The notes below the pieces were generated by a model that was not told the DNA's origin, did no database searches, and saw nothing but the letters and a program-made list of their open reading frames with translations. Positions 18,161-27,548 of a stretch of 32,000 nt of DNA are shown here, piece by piece. This stretch comes from Raphidiopsis brookii D9 (GTDB taxonomy: Bacteria > Cyanobacteriota > Cyanobacteriia > Cyanobacteriales > Nostocaceae): contig ACYB01000021.1 in assembly GCA_000175855.1 (NCBI GenBank), positions 58,656 through 90,655 of the forward strand, written 5' to 3'. The position numbers and the translations under genes were made by a program. Within the stretch, counting starts at the first letter, position 1. Every line of letters starts with the position of its first letter.

Positions 18161-18183
18161 TTAAATTTTGTTAAGTTTTCTAA
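18161..18183. promoter_or_regulatory. Candidate LysR (CmpR/CbbR-type) operator: two overlapping TTA-N7/8-TAA motifs
   Basis: TTAaattttgtTAA at 18161-18174 and TTAagttttcTAA at 18171-18183. They lie in the 527-bp divergent ndhF/ccmK2 intergenic region, 166-188 nt upstream of the ccmK2 ATG. The DNA is AT-rich, so chance occurrence is plausible. Confidence 0.3.
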
Positions 18184-18348
18184 AACTATTTTATCACAAA
18201 CTATTATAGTAATTTATGTTGCCAGGGGTGCCCAGGTCTCATATCCTTAGATCTAGAAGTATTTGCTTCGCTCACAATGAGCATCCCCGTCAAAAATTTC
18301 TAACCAACCACAGTACAAAAGTCCTATTTAATTTTGAGGAGTTCTGCG

Positions 18349-18657
18349 ATGCCAATTGCAGTAGGAATGATTGAGACAAAAGGGTTTCCAGCAGTAGTAG
18401 AAGCCGCTGATGCGATGGTAAAAGCAGCCCGTGTTACCTTAGTAGGATATGAGAAGATCGGCAGCGCACGCGTTACCGTGATTGTGAGAGGGGACGTATC
18501 CGAGGTTCAAGCCTCAGTAGCAGCGGGTATTGAAGCGGCTAGAAGGGTAAATGGTGGAGAAGTATTATCAACTCATATCATCGCCCGTCCCCATGAGAAC
18601 CTGGAATATGTATTACCGATCAGGTATACAGAAGCAGTAGAGCAGTTCCGAACTTAG
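18349..18657 (+). CDS. ccmK2: Carboxysome shell hexamer protein CcmK (short form)
   Basis: 102 aa from ATG 18349, with GAGGAG at 18336-18341. The ORF-track TTG at 18334 overlaps the RBS. BMC domain [38 protein letters not shown]. It is first in the ccmK-K-L-M-N-O order. Confidence 0.9.
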   Translation: MPIAVGMIETKGFPAVVEAADAMVKAARVTLVGYEKIGSARVTVIVRGDVSEVQASVAAGIEAARRVNGGEVLSTHIIARPHENLEYVLPIRYTEAVEQFRT

Positions 18658-18764
18658 ACAAGTAGCTAGTTCCACAGCTTGCCCGACAGTAAAGAGGAAT
18701 AACTTTTTACTTTTGATAGTCAACAAACAATGTAAAATCACAATTGTAAGTAAGGATAGAGAAA

Positions 18765-19106
18765 ATGTCAATTGCAGTGGGAATGGTAGAAACCTTAGGG
18801 TTTCCCGCAGTAGTAGAAGCTGCTGATGCGATGGTAAAAGCAGCCCGTGTTACCTTAGTAGGATATGAGAAGATTGGCAGTGGTCGCGTAACAGTAATTG
18901 TGCGTGGTGACGTATCCGAAGTTCAAGCCTCAGTAGCAGCAGGAGTAGAAAACGTGAAGCGAGTCAATGGTGGACAGGTATTGTCTACCCATATTATTGC
19001 TCGCCCTCACGAAAACCTAGAGTACGTACTGCCAATTCGATATACAGAAGACGTAGAACAATTCCGGGAAGGGGTAAGCGGGATTCGCCCCTTTAGGAGA
19101 CCGTAA
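18765..19106 (+). CDS. ccmK1: Carboxysome shell hexamer protein CcmK (form with C-terminal extension)
   Basis: 113 aa. The BMC domain is nearly identical to the upstream paralogue, plus an ~11-aa C-terminal tail ([12 protein letters not shown]), as in CcmK1 versus CcmK2 of model strains. Confidence 0.9.
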   Translation: MSIAVGMVETLGFPAVVEAADAMVKAARVTLVGYEKIGSGRVTVIVRGDVSEVQASVAAGVENVKRVNGGQVLSTHIIARPHENLEYVLPIRYTEDVEQFREGVSGIRPFRRP

Positions 19107-19112
19107 TTAAAA

Positions 19113-19415
19113 ATGCAAATTGCGAAGGTGCGTGGCACAGTAGTCAGCACCCAAAAAGATCCCAGTCTCAGGGGTGTAAAACTACTCATGGTACAGCTGG
19201 TAGATGAGAACGGTAATCTTCTCCCAAAATATGAGGTAGCAGCTGACAGTGTGGGAGCAGGAGTAGATGAGTGGGTACTATTCAGTCGAGGTAGTGCCGC
19301 CCGTCAAGTTCTTGGCAATGAACAGCGGCCCCTAGATGCGGCAGTGGTGGCGATAATAGATACTATTCACGTCGAAGATCGTTTAGTTTACAGCAAAAAA
19401 GACCAGTATAAATAG
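19113..19415 (+). CDS. ccmL: Carboxysome shell vertex (pentamer) protein
   Basis: 100 aa of the EutN/CcmL family (MQIAKVRGTVVSTQKDPSLRGVKLL...). It starts 6 nt after ccmK1. Confidence 0.9.
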   Translation: MQIAKVRGTVVSTQKDPSLRGVKLLMVQLVDENGNLLPKYEVAADSVGAGVDEWVLFSRGSAARQVLGNEQRPLDAAVVAIIDTIHVEDRLVYSKKDQYK

Positions 19416-19466
19416 TCAGGAGGTCACGACCACTGACAACAAGATTATTTCAGGAGGAATCCCACA

Positions 19467-21098
19467 ATGGTAGTCCGCAGCACGGCGGCACCCCCAACCC
19501 CATGGTCAAAGAGTTTAGCCGAACCGGACGTTCATCAAACCGCTTATGTACATCCTTCCTCTAACTTGATTGGGGATGTTCATCTTGGTCAGAATGTGAT
19601 TATTGCCCCGGGAACATCTATTAGAGCAGATGAAGGAACTCCCTTTTATATCGGTGAAAATACCAATATTCAGGATGGGGTGGTTATTCATGGCTTGGAG
19701 CAGGGCCGAGTTGTCGGGGATGACGGCGAGAAATATTCTGTATGGATTGGTAAAAATGCTTCCATGACCCACATGGCGCTGATTCATGGGCCAGCTTATG
19801 TAGGGGACAGTTGTTTTATAGGTTTTCGCTCCACTGTCTTTAATGCCAGAGTTGGGGCGGGTTGCATCGTCATGATGCACGCCTTAATACAAGATGTAGA
19901 AATACCTCCGGGTAAATATATAGCTTCCGGTTCAATTATTACAACACAACAGCAAGCTGATCGGTTGCCAGATGTACAGGCTCAAGATCAGCAGTTTGCC
20001 CACCATGTTGTAGGGATAAATCAGGCTTTACGAGCTGGTTATCGCTGCGCGGAAGATCTCAAATGTATTACCCCCATTCGGGATGAGTTAAAAGATCACG
20101 AAGAAAAACTTAATACAAGCATCACAGTTGAAGAGTTAGATAGGAGTAGTGAAGTGGCAGGCAAATTGAGTGCAGATACGGTAGAACAGCTACGGTATCT
20201 ACTGGAGCAAGGTTATAAAATTGGTACAGAGCATGTGGATCAAAGACGGTTTCGGACAGGATCCTGGCAAAGTTGCCAGCCCATTGAAACCCGCTCCTTG
20301 GGACAGGCAATTAGTGCCCTGGAAACTTGTTTAGTGGATCACGCTGGTGAGTACGTGCGTTTATTTGGGATTGATAGTGGCAAGAAGAGAGTTTTGGAAA
20401 CCATTATTCAACGTCCTGATGGTGTTGTGGTAGCTAGTTCTAGCTTTAAGGGTCCATCCCCAAGCAGCTATAATGGTAATGGTAATGGTAATGGCAAGTT
20501 TGCTGGTATTGATGCCCAAATCATCAATCAGATTAATCAGCTTTTGAGCAATGGTTATAAGATTGGAACGGAGCACGTAGATGAACGAAGATTCCGGACT
20601 GGGACTTGGCAAAGCTGTGAACCTATTCATTCTACCTCAACTCAAGAAGTAGTGGCAGCTTTAGAGTCGTGCTTAAACTCTCATCAAGGTGAATATGTTC
20701 GACTCATTGGTATTGACACCAAGGCTAAACGCCGAGTGTTGGAAAGTATTGTGCAGCGTCCTAATGGACAGGTAGTCACATCTGGTAACGGCAAAGTTTC
20801 CCTCTCTCCCGCTGGTGGTACCCCATCTGTTAGTAATCATCTAAGTGGAGAAGTTGTAGACCATCTCAGACAATTAGTCAGCGGTGGATTGAAGATTAGT
20901 CTAGAACACGTAGACCAAAGACGCTTCCGGATGGGAACCTGGTCTAGTGCAGGACCCATTGAAGCTAGAAATGAAAGAGAGGCGATCGCGACTGTAGAAT
21001 CTTATCTATCTGAGTATCCAGGTGAGTATGTAAGATTAATAGGCATTGATCCTCAAGTGAAGCGTCGTGTACTAGAAGTAATTATCCAACGTCCATAA
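19467..21098 (+). CDS. ccmM: Carboxysome assembly protein CcmM (gamma-carbonic-anhydrase domain + three SSUL modules)
   Basis: 543 aa. The N-terminal left-handed beta-helix gamma-CA domain spans aa 1-~205. Three RbcS-like repeats each carry GYKIG/GLKIS-EHVD-RRFR-G-W and [10 protein letters not shown]. Confidence 0.95.
   Translation: MVVRSTAAPPTPWSKSLAEPDVHQTAYVHPSSNLIGDVHLGQNVIIAPGTSIRADEGTPFYIGENTNIQDGVVIHGLEQGRVVGDDGEKYSVWIGKNASMTHMALIHGPAYVGDSCFIGFRSTVFNARVGAGCIVMMHALIQDVEIPPGKYIASGSIITTQQQADRLPDVQAQDQQFAHHVVGINQALRAGYRCAEDLKCITPIRDELKDHEEKLNTSITVEELDRSSEVAGKLSADTVEQLRYLLEQGYKIGTEHVDQRRFRTGSWQSCQPIETRSLGQAISALETCLVDHAGEYVRLFGIDSGKKRVLETIIQRPDGVVVASSSFKGPSPSSYNGNGNGNGKFAGIDAQIINQINQLLSNGYKIGTEHVDERRFRTGTWQSCEPIHSTSTQEVVAALESCLNSHQGEYVRLIGIDTKAKRRVLESIVQRPNGQVVTSGNGKVSLSPAGGTPSVSNHLSGEVVDHLRQLVSGGLKISLEHVDQRRFRMGTWSSAGPIEARNEREAIATVESYLSEYPGEYVRLIGIDPQVKRRVLEVIIQRP
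20142..20156 (+). promoter_or_regulatory. Candidate internal translation start for a short (SSUL-only) CcmM isoform
   Basis: AGGAG at 20142-20146, then 7 nt, then in-frame GTG at 20154 (codon V230). This is four residues before the first SSUL module. Confidence 0.3.
20166..21095 (+). repeat. Three tandem SSUL (RuBisCO small-subunit-like) coding repeats inside ccmM
   Basis: Units lie at about 20166-20423 (aa 234-319), 20502-20765 (aa 346-433) and 20841-21095 (aa 459-543). The protein-level repeats are clearly alignable by eye. Confidence 0.85.
20472..20495 (+). repeat. Hexanucleotide microsatellite (AATGGT)x3 + AATGGC encoding (Asn-Gly)4
   Basis: Read directly as aatggtaatggtaatggtaatggc. 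It lies in the linker between SSUL1 and SSUL2 of ccmM. Confidence 0.9.
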
Positions 21099-21228
21099 TA
21101 GGCGGGTAATAACTGATAAATTTGTAGGTTTAGCCAATTAAAACTTACCACTTAGCAATTCAATTGGCATCATCCCACAACCAATTTTTTGTGAAATCAT
21201 TGTTCCGGCTTCCGAGGTAGTAAAAGTC

Positions 21229-21939
21229 ATGTCTTCTGTGCCGTTGCTTCGCCTCAGCGACAAATTTGACCCTTATATTAGTGGTGAGGTGAATATTGAT
21301 CCTAGTGCCGTAATAGCACCGGGGGTAATACTCCAGGCGGCCCTTAACAGCAAAATTATTATTGGTCCTGGGGTTTGTATTGGCATGGGATCAATTCTCC
21401 AGGTGAGTCACGGCATTCTAGAAATAGAAATGGGGGCCAATCTGGGGGCCGGTTTTTTGATGGTTGGGGAAGGTAAAATAGGGGCTAATGCTTGTATTGG
21501 TGCGGGCACTACAGTATTTAACGATTCTGTAGCTGCTCAACAAGTAATACCAGCAGGTTCGATTTTGGGAGATGGCAGTCGGCAAGCAAATTCCCAGGAG
21601 TCTGGGGAATCTGTAGATGAGGGTGACACATCCAGTCAAAGTGGAGAGCAAGTGGTGAGCAAGACCCAATTTACCGCCACTTTTGTGAATTTTCAAACCC
21701 AGTCTACTTCCGTACCTCCACTTTCTCCCACGCCAAAAAGCCAGTCACCCCCGGAAACCGAATCTAGTACTGAGTCGCAAGAGATAAGTGATGGTAAACC
21801 CCGTAGTAGGGATCCTACGGAGCCTTATCCCTTAGGAACGCAAATCTACGGGCAAGGAAGCATTAACCGACTTTTAAGTACGTTGTTTCCCCATCGGCAG
21901 TCCCTGAGTGACCAGGATGCTAACAATGGTGCGGAGTAA
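21229..21939 (+). CDS. ccmN: Carboxysome assembly protein CcmN
   Basis: 236 aa. N-terminal hexapeptide-repeat beta-helix, an S/P/Q/E-rich linker, and a C-terminal amphipathic peptide (GSINRLLSTLFP) like the CcmN encapsulation peptide. It sits between ccmM and ccmO. Confidence 0.85.
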   Translation: MSSVPLLRLSDKFDPYISGEVNIDPSAVIAPGVILQAALNSKIIIGPGVCIGMGSILQVSHGILEIEMGANLGAGFLMVGEGKIGANACIGAGTTVFNDSVAAQQVIPAGSILGDGSRQANSQESGESVDEGDTSSQSGEQVVSKTQFTATFVNFQTQSTSVPPLSPTPKSQSPPETESSTESQEISDGKPRSRDPTEPYPLGTQIYGQGSINRLLSTLFPHRQSLSDQDANNGAE

Positions 21940-21998
21940 ATGTTAATTGTTAGTTGTATGGTCAGTCGTCATTTTTGCGATTATGCTGGTGAATAAAT

Positions 21999-22784
21999 AT
22001 GGAAGCATACAGTCAACCTACTCTTAGTACTATTCAATCGCCCCGTCGCCACAATAATCTCAAGGATACTGCCTTGGGCTTAGTTTCGACCTTGAGCTTC
22101 CCTGCCATAGTAGGGACAGCTGACATGATGTTAAAGTCTGCTGGAGTGCATCTAGTAGGCTATGAGAAGATTGGTAGTGGTCACTGTACGGCTATTGTGC
22201 GAGGTAATATTGCGGATGTACGTCTAGCTGTAGAGGCGGGGGTGCAAACGGCAGAACAGTTTGGACAGTTGGTGTCAAGTCTAGTTATTCCTAGACCTTA
22301 TCCTAATCTGGACATAGTTTTACCAATTAATCGTCTAACCCAAATTATGGCGGATGGCAGTTATAGTCGTCTAAGTAATCAAGCTATAGGTTTAGTAGAA
22401 ACCCGTGGATTCCCTGCCATGGTAGGTGCTTGTGATGCTATGCTCAAATCAGCAGAAGTTCACTTGGCTTCTTACGAGAAAATTGGTGCGGGACTGTGTA
22501 CTGCCATTATTAGAGGCACAGTAGCTAATGTAGCTGTAGCTGTAGAAGCGGGAATGTATGAAGCAGAAAGAATAGGGGAATTAAATGCTGTCATGGTGAT
22601 TCCTCGTCCCCTGGACGAGCTGGAGCAGACCTTACCCATTGCTAGTTGTTGGGTAGAAGAACATCAACCTTTAGATATATCCCTACATGTCAAAGAGAAA
22701 ATTGTTGACGCCCAAGCCGTAGAGTTACCCGATCTGGCCAAATTGCCGGTTAAAATTAGGGAAGAATTGCTGGTGGAAGAATAG
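21999..22784 (+). CDS. ccmO: Carboxysome shell protein CcmO (tandem BMC domains)
   Basis: 261 aa with two BMC domains (LGLVSTLSFPAIVGTADMMLKSAGV... and IGLVETRGFPAMVGACDAMLKSAEV...). Confidence 0.9.
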   Translation: MEAYSQPTLSTIQSPRRHNNLKDTALGLVSTLSFPAIVGTADMMLKSAGVHLVGYEKIGSGHCTAIVRGNIADVRLAVEAGVQTAEQFGQLVSSLVIPRPYPNLDIVLPINRLTQIMADGSYSRLSNQAIGLVETRGFPAMVGACDAMLKSAEVHLASYEKIGAGLCTAIIRGTVANVAVAVEAGMYEAERIGELNAVMVIPRPLDELEQTLPIASCWVEEHQPLDISLHVKEKIVDAQAVELPDLAKLPVKIREELLVEE

Positions 22785-22828
22785 TGTTTACTAAATATAT
22801 TGAGAACTGCTGTTAGAGGAGAACCACC

Positions 22829-23743
22829 TTGAACCAAGCGACAATGCACCAGTTGAAGGTGTTCGAGGCCGCTGCAAGACACGGCAGCTTTACCCGTGCT
22901 GCAGAGGAACTATTTCTTACCCAACCTACTGTCTCCATGCAGATCAAACAACTGACTAAATCCGTTGGTTTACCATTGTTTGAACAGGTGGGTAAACGCT
23001 TATTTTTGACTGAAGCTGGAAGGGAATTATTTGCTACCTGTCGTGAGATTTTTAATGTTATTTCCCAATTTGAAATAACTGTAGCAGATCTTAAAGGACT
23101 AAAACAAGGTAGCTTACGTTTGGCGGTCATTACTACTGCCAAATATATTATTCCCCGTTTGTTGGGACCTTTTTGTGAACTTTATCCAGGAATTGATGTT
23201 TCCCTACAGGTAACAAACCATGAAGGCATCTTGGAACGGATGACTGCCAATTTGGATGACTTGTATATTATGAGTCAACTGCCAGAGCATTTGGATATTC
23301 AGTTTCAACCTTTTTTAGAGAATCCTCTAATGGTTTTTGCGCCTGTGAATCATCCTTTGTCTACGGAAACCAACATTTCTTTGGAAAGATTGGCACAGGA
23401 ACCATTTATTATGCGCGAACCCGGTTCTGGTACTCGCCGTGCCATCCAGAGTTTGTTAGAGGAAAATGGTATTAAAGTCAAGGTTAAATTAGAACTGGGT
23501 AGCAATGAAGCCATTAAGCAGGCCATTGCTGGAGGTTTAGGGATATCGGTTTTATCCCGTCATACCTTATTGAGTGATGCTCACCAATTTAGTATTTTGG
23601 ATGCACAACATTTTCCTATCAAACGTACCTGGTATATAGTTCATCCTTCCGGTAAGCAGTTGTCCATCGTCGCTCGTACTTATTATGAATACCTGTTAGA
23701 AGCGGCAAAAAGAATTGTCGAAGAGGAAATTATTCAATCATGA
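22829..23743 (+). CDS. cmpR: LysR-family transcriptional regulator of the CbbR/CmpR type
   Basis: 304 aa from TTG 22829, with GAGGAG at 22815-22820. The wHTH region [36 protein letters not shown] and the core [20 protein letters not shown]...DDLYIMSQ are CbbR/CmpR-like. Its position directly after ccmO matches my recollection of the Anabaena cmpR locus. The symbol is moderately confident. Confidence 0.75.
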   Translation: MNQATMHQLKVFEAAARHGSFTRAAEELFLTQPTVSMQIKQLTKSVGLPLFEQVGKRLFLTEAGRELFATCREIFNVISQFEITVADLKGLKQGSLRLAVITTAKYIIPRLLGPFCELYPGIDVSLQVTNHEGILERMTANLDDLYIMSQLPEHLDIQFQPFLENPLMVFAPVNHPLSTETNISLERLAQEPFIMREPGSGTRRAIQSLLEENGIKVKVKLELGSNEAIKQAIAGGLGISVLSRHTLLSDAHQFSILDAQHFPIKRTWYIVHPSGKQLSIVARTYYEYLLEAAKRIVEEEIIQS

Positions 23744-24783
23744 TAAACTCAGTTGCTGATGATGCCTGGTCAAACTTACTTAAACAGCTATTAGAACGCC
23801 AATCATTATCCCGCAATCAAGCAGCAACCCTTATGGAAGGGTGGATCCAGGAAAAGATTCCCCCGGAACTGTCGGGGGCAATATTAACCGCACTACATTT
23901 CAAGGGGGTGTCTCCAGAGGAATTAACTGGTATGGCCGGGGTCTTAAAGGGTTTATGTCTGAAAACCAAGCCAGAAAATACCCCCCTCATTGACACTTGT
24001 GGTACTGGTGGAGACGGAGCAGCTACCTTTAATATTTCTACAGCGGTCGCTTTTGTCGCTGCTGCTGCTGGTGTGCCGGTAGCTAAACACGGCGGACGTT
24101 CTGCTTCTAGCTTAACCGGTAGCGCAGATGTTTTAGAAGCTTTAGGAGTAAACCTAAACGCACCCGCTGAAAAAATACAAGCTGCGGTCAAAGAAGTGGG
24201 AATTACTTTTCTCTTTGCTCAGGGATGGCATCCGGCCATGAAAGCCGTGGCTCCATTACGACGCAGTTTAAAAGTTAGAACTGTATTTAATCTGTTAGGT
24301 CCATTAGTTAATCCCATGGCACCCACAGGACAAATCATAGGGGTATTTGATCCTACCTTGATTGGCACTGTGGCCCAAACCCTAAATAATTTGGGGACAC
24401 GAACGGCAATTGTATTACATGGTAGGGAAAAATTAGATGAAGCAGGATTGGGGGGAATCACCGACCTGGCGGTTTTGAATCAAGGGGAAGTGCAAATTAC
24501 TACCCTCGACCCCGAGGAAGCAGGAGTTACACCAGCATCCATTACCGCTTTAAAAGGTGGTAATGTAGTTGAAAATGCTGATATTTTAACCAGGGTGTTA
24601 CAGGGAAAAGGGACTACAGCTCAACAAGACATAGTAGCACTAAACACCTCCCTAGCGTTACAAGTCGCTGGTGTGGTTCCTTTGTTCCATCATCATCAGG
24701 GAGTAAACATGGCTAAGGAAATTCTGGCAACTGGTAGTCCTTGGGAAAAGTTGGAACAGCTCGTGGAATTTTTACGGAGGTAG
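23740..24783 (+). CDS. trpD: Anthranilate phosphoribosyltransferase
   Basis: 347 aa with [16 protein letters not shown] and KHGGRS motifs. ATG 23740 overlaps the regulator's TGA (ATGA). Confidence 0.9.
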   Translation: MINSVADDAWSNLLKQLLERQSLSRNQAATLMEGWIQEKIPPELSGAILTALHFKGVSPEELTGMAGVLKGLCLKTKPENTPLIDTCGTGGDGAATFNISTAVAFVAAAAGVPVAKHGGRSASSLTGSADVLEALGVNLNAPAEKIQAAVKEVGITFLFAQGWHPAMKAVAPLRRSLKVRTVFNLLGPLVNPMAPTGQIIGVFDPTLIGTVAQTLNNLGTRTAIVLHGREKLDEAGLGGITDLAVLNQGEVQITTLDPEEAGVTPASITALKGGNVVENADILTRVLQGKGTTAQQDIVALNTSLALQVAGVVPLFHHHQGVNMAKEILATGSPWEKLEQLVEFLRR

Positions 24784-25729
24784 AAGCTGTGTTTTGGGGA
24801 CGGAATTCCACAACATTCCGCTTAATGGTGATGTCGTAATTGCCAAAGAAATCATGTCCTAACAAACCAGTGGTTAGTGCTAACCCAGCAATGGCCACAG
24901 GCACTCTTTTTGCCATCACCCCCCCCACCTCCATAGAGTCAACATAGGCTATGGGAAATTCTATTCCTTGGGAACTGACCGTATTGGCCCTGGCCACACC
25001 AACGGGGACAACCCCTAAAGAGCGAGCCATTTCCTGGGTGATTACAGAACCACTGGCACCCGTATCCACAATCATTTCAAAACGACTTTTGCCATTAAAA
25101 GTTACTTCCACAATAGGAGTACCACCAATTCGTCGCTTAATGGGTACAATGTACACTTGGTCGTTAGTTTTCTCCGTTGGAATTTTCTTAGTGGCAATGT
25201 CTGGTGAAGGTGATTGGAAATCTGTTATGGTCGGCGTTTCCCTCACGGGAATAGGGGGAGAATAAAGTATTTTTCTCCCTGGGTTTGACCTGGTTACCAC
25301 TGGGGAATCTGGTGATAAGGAGGATCCTTTGCTAGGATTACCTTGTTGACGAGCTAGTTGGAGTTGACCCTCATACTCGATAATCTTTTTTCGAGCAAAA
25401 GCAAAATTGGGGCTATTGGGTCTGATTTGTTTTAATAGGGCGATCGCCCGGTTGAAATTACTCTCCACCAATTGCCAATCCTCAGCAGATTGAGCCCACT
25501 GACTAATCCTCACAGCACTAACACCTTTGTCTAAAGCCAATTCCAACACACTGACTTCTTGACTGTGTGGTAATCTTTTAGGTGGTTGTACTGCTGCTAA
25601 ATTACCCACATCCGTGGCACGGTTTATGCCTTGGTTGGTCTGTTTATGACCAGAACAGGCAACTATCAAAGTTGCTAAAGTACTAGTCATGACAATCACA
25701 CTTGTGCGTGGCAAAATAGAATCTAACAT
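24713..25729 (-). CDS. Lipoprotein with retropepsin-like (clan AA) aspartic protease domain
   Basis: 338 aa. Signal peptide with lipobox (LIVA|C), a helical repeat region, and a C-terminal domain with the [11 protein letters not shown] active-site motif. The last 71 nt overlap the 3' end of trpD. Confidence 0.7.
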   Translation of the reverse strand: MLDSILPRTSVIVMTSTLATLIVACSGHKQTNQGINRATDVGNLAAVQPPKRLPHSQEVSVLELALDKGVSAVRISQWAQSAEDWQLVESNFNRAIALLKQIRPNSPNFAFARKKIIEYEGQLQLARQQGNPSKGSSLSPDSPVVTRSNPGRKILYSPPIPVRETPTITDFQSPSPDIATKKIPTEKTNDQVYIVPIKRRIGGTPIVEVTFNGKSRFEMIVDTGASGSVITQEMARSLGVVPVGVARANTVSSQGIEFPIAYVDSMEVGGVMAKRVPVAIAGLALTTGLLGHDFFGNYDITIKRNVVEFRPQNTASTSVKIPRAVPTFPKDYQLPEFP

Positions 25730-25844
25730 TGTTTCTTAGAGGTTAACCACCTGACCATCTCCCATTTTAACCTTTCAACAATTCAAACATACTTGAGATT
25801 TAACAATTTCTATCATAACTAACAAAATAGGTTACTAATTACTT

Positions 25845-27002
25845 ATGGCTATATCTGAAGCAATACCTGCCATTTTAGTTCTAGCAGACGGATCCGCATA
25901 TCGTGGCTGGTCTTTTGGAGCGATAGGAACAACAGTAGGAGAAGTAGTATTTAACACTGGTATGACTGGGTATCAAGAGGTACTAACCGATCCTAGTTAT
26001 ACAGGTCAAATAGTAATTTTTACTTATCCAGAGTTGGGAAACACGGGAGTTAATCCCGAAGACGACGAATCCGTAAGACCCCATATAAAGGGGGTAATTG
26101 CCCGCAATATATGTCATCAACCTAGTAACTGGCGTTCGACCCAGCCCCTAACAGAGTACTTGAAACAGCAACAAATTCCCGGTATATTTGGAATAGACAC
26201 AAGATCCATAACCCGGAAAATTAGAATTGATGGAGCAATGAATGGGGGTATTTCCACAACCATTTTAGAGGAAACAGAATTACTGGAGCTAGTACAAGCG
26301 GCACCAATTATGTCTGGACTAAACTTAGTGAAACAGGTAACCACAAAAAAAGTCTATGAATGGTCAGAACCGACCCCAGAAGCGTGGGAATTTAATTCCC
26401 AGTCCAGCGCCAAACAAGGAGAAGCTTTAACAGTAGTAGCATTAGATTTTGGGGTAAAAAGAAATATTCTCAGACGGTTGGCCAGTTATGGTTGTAGAGT
26501 GATAGTTGTTCCCGCCCACACAACCGCCGAAGAAATTCTGGCATATAATCCGGACGGTATTTTTCTCTCTAACGGTCCGGGGGATCCAGCAGCAGTAACA
26601 GAAGGGATCACCACTGCTAAAAGCCTGCTAGGAAGCAAAAAACCCATGTTTGGGATTTGTATGGGTCATCAAATACTAGGTCATGCCCTGGGCGCCCAAA
26701 CCTTTAAACTAAAATTTGGGCATCGGGGTTTAAATCAACCAGCTGGATTACAAACAAGAGTAGAAATTACCAGCCAGAACCATAGTTTTGCTATTGATCC
26801 GAATTCCCTACCATCAGCAGTGGTAGAGGTTAGTCATCTGAACTTAAATGATCAAACGGTTGCTGGAGTGCGTCATAAATCCCTACCCATTTTTTCCGTC
26901 CAGTATCACCCCGAGGCCAGTCCCGGTCCCCACGATGCTGATTACTTATTTGAGCAATTTGTGCTAGAAATGCAAACAGCACGTCAAAAGGGGGAAACTT
27001 GA
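25845..27002 (+). CDS. carA: Carbamoyl-phosphate synthase small (glutaminase) subunit
   Basis: 385 aa with the CPSase small-chain N-domain ([18 protein letters not shown]) and GATase triad contexts GICMGHQ and YHPE. Confidence 0.95.
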   Translation: MAISEAIPAILVLADGSAYRGWSFGAIGTTVGEVVFNTGMTGYQEVLTDPSYTGQIVIFTYPELGNTGVNPEDDESVRPHIKGVIARNICHQPSNWRSTQPLTEYLKQQQIPGIFGIDTRSITRKIRIDGAMNGGISTTILEETELLELVQAAPIMSGLNLVKQVTTKKVYEWSEPTPEAWEFNSQSSAKQGEALTVVALDFGVKRNILRRLASYGCRVIVVPAHTTAEEILAYNPDGIFLSNGPGDPAAVTEGITTAKSLLGSKKPMFGICMGHQILGHALGAQTFKLKFGHRGLNQPAGLQTRVEITSQNHSFAIDPNSLPSAVVEVSHLNLNDQTVAGVRHKSLPIFSVQYHPEASPGPHDADYLFEQFVLEMQTARQKGET

Positions 27003-27091
27003 TCCCCAACAAGCGTTTATCGTTTAGTTATTTTAGTTAATAGGAACAGGAGGGAGTTATTGCTGAAAATACAGAGGTACTAAATTTAACC

Positions 27092-27433
27092 GTGAGCCTA
27101 AGGGGCACTCGGGAAGTCCGGGATAACTGCCAGCTTTTCCGTCTCACGGGGTTGTTAGATGCCTTTTCGGAGCCAACATTTCGTAAGGTACTAGAGGCTA
27201 AAATTGGGGAAGGTCCAAACAATACAATTCTGGATCTGTCACAAATTGACTTTATAGACAGTTCAGGTTTAGGCGCCCTGGTACAATTAGCCAAGCAAGC
27301 CCAAAATGCCCAGGGAAGTTTCCAAATTGTCAGTAATGCCCGGGTGACCCAGGCAGTCAAGCTTGTGCGGTTGGAAAAATTTCTCTCCTTACAAGGTACG
27401 GTTGATGGGGCCATAAAAAACATCAAATCGTGA
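27092..27433 (+). CDS. STAS-domain anti-sigma-factor antagonist
   Basis: 113 aa from GTG. It is SpoIIAA-like, with the conserved phospho-Ser motif DFIDSSGLGALV. Confidence 0.75.
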   Translation: MSLRGTREVRDNCQLFRLTGLLDAFSEPTFRKVLEAKIGEGPNNTILDLSQIDFIDSSGLGALVQLAKQAQNAQGSFQIVSNARVTQAVKLVRLEKFLSLQGTVDGAIKNIKS

Positions 27434-27548
27434 CAGTTGCCCAAAAACATTCCCCAGTTGATAATGAGGAAGCGGAAAAAGTCCCAGTTTTTCTCTTCCT
27501 CATCTGACTGGGGAGAACCTAATTTCCAAGAAAAGGAATAATTAACAG

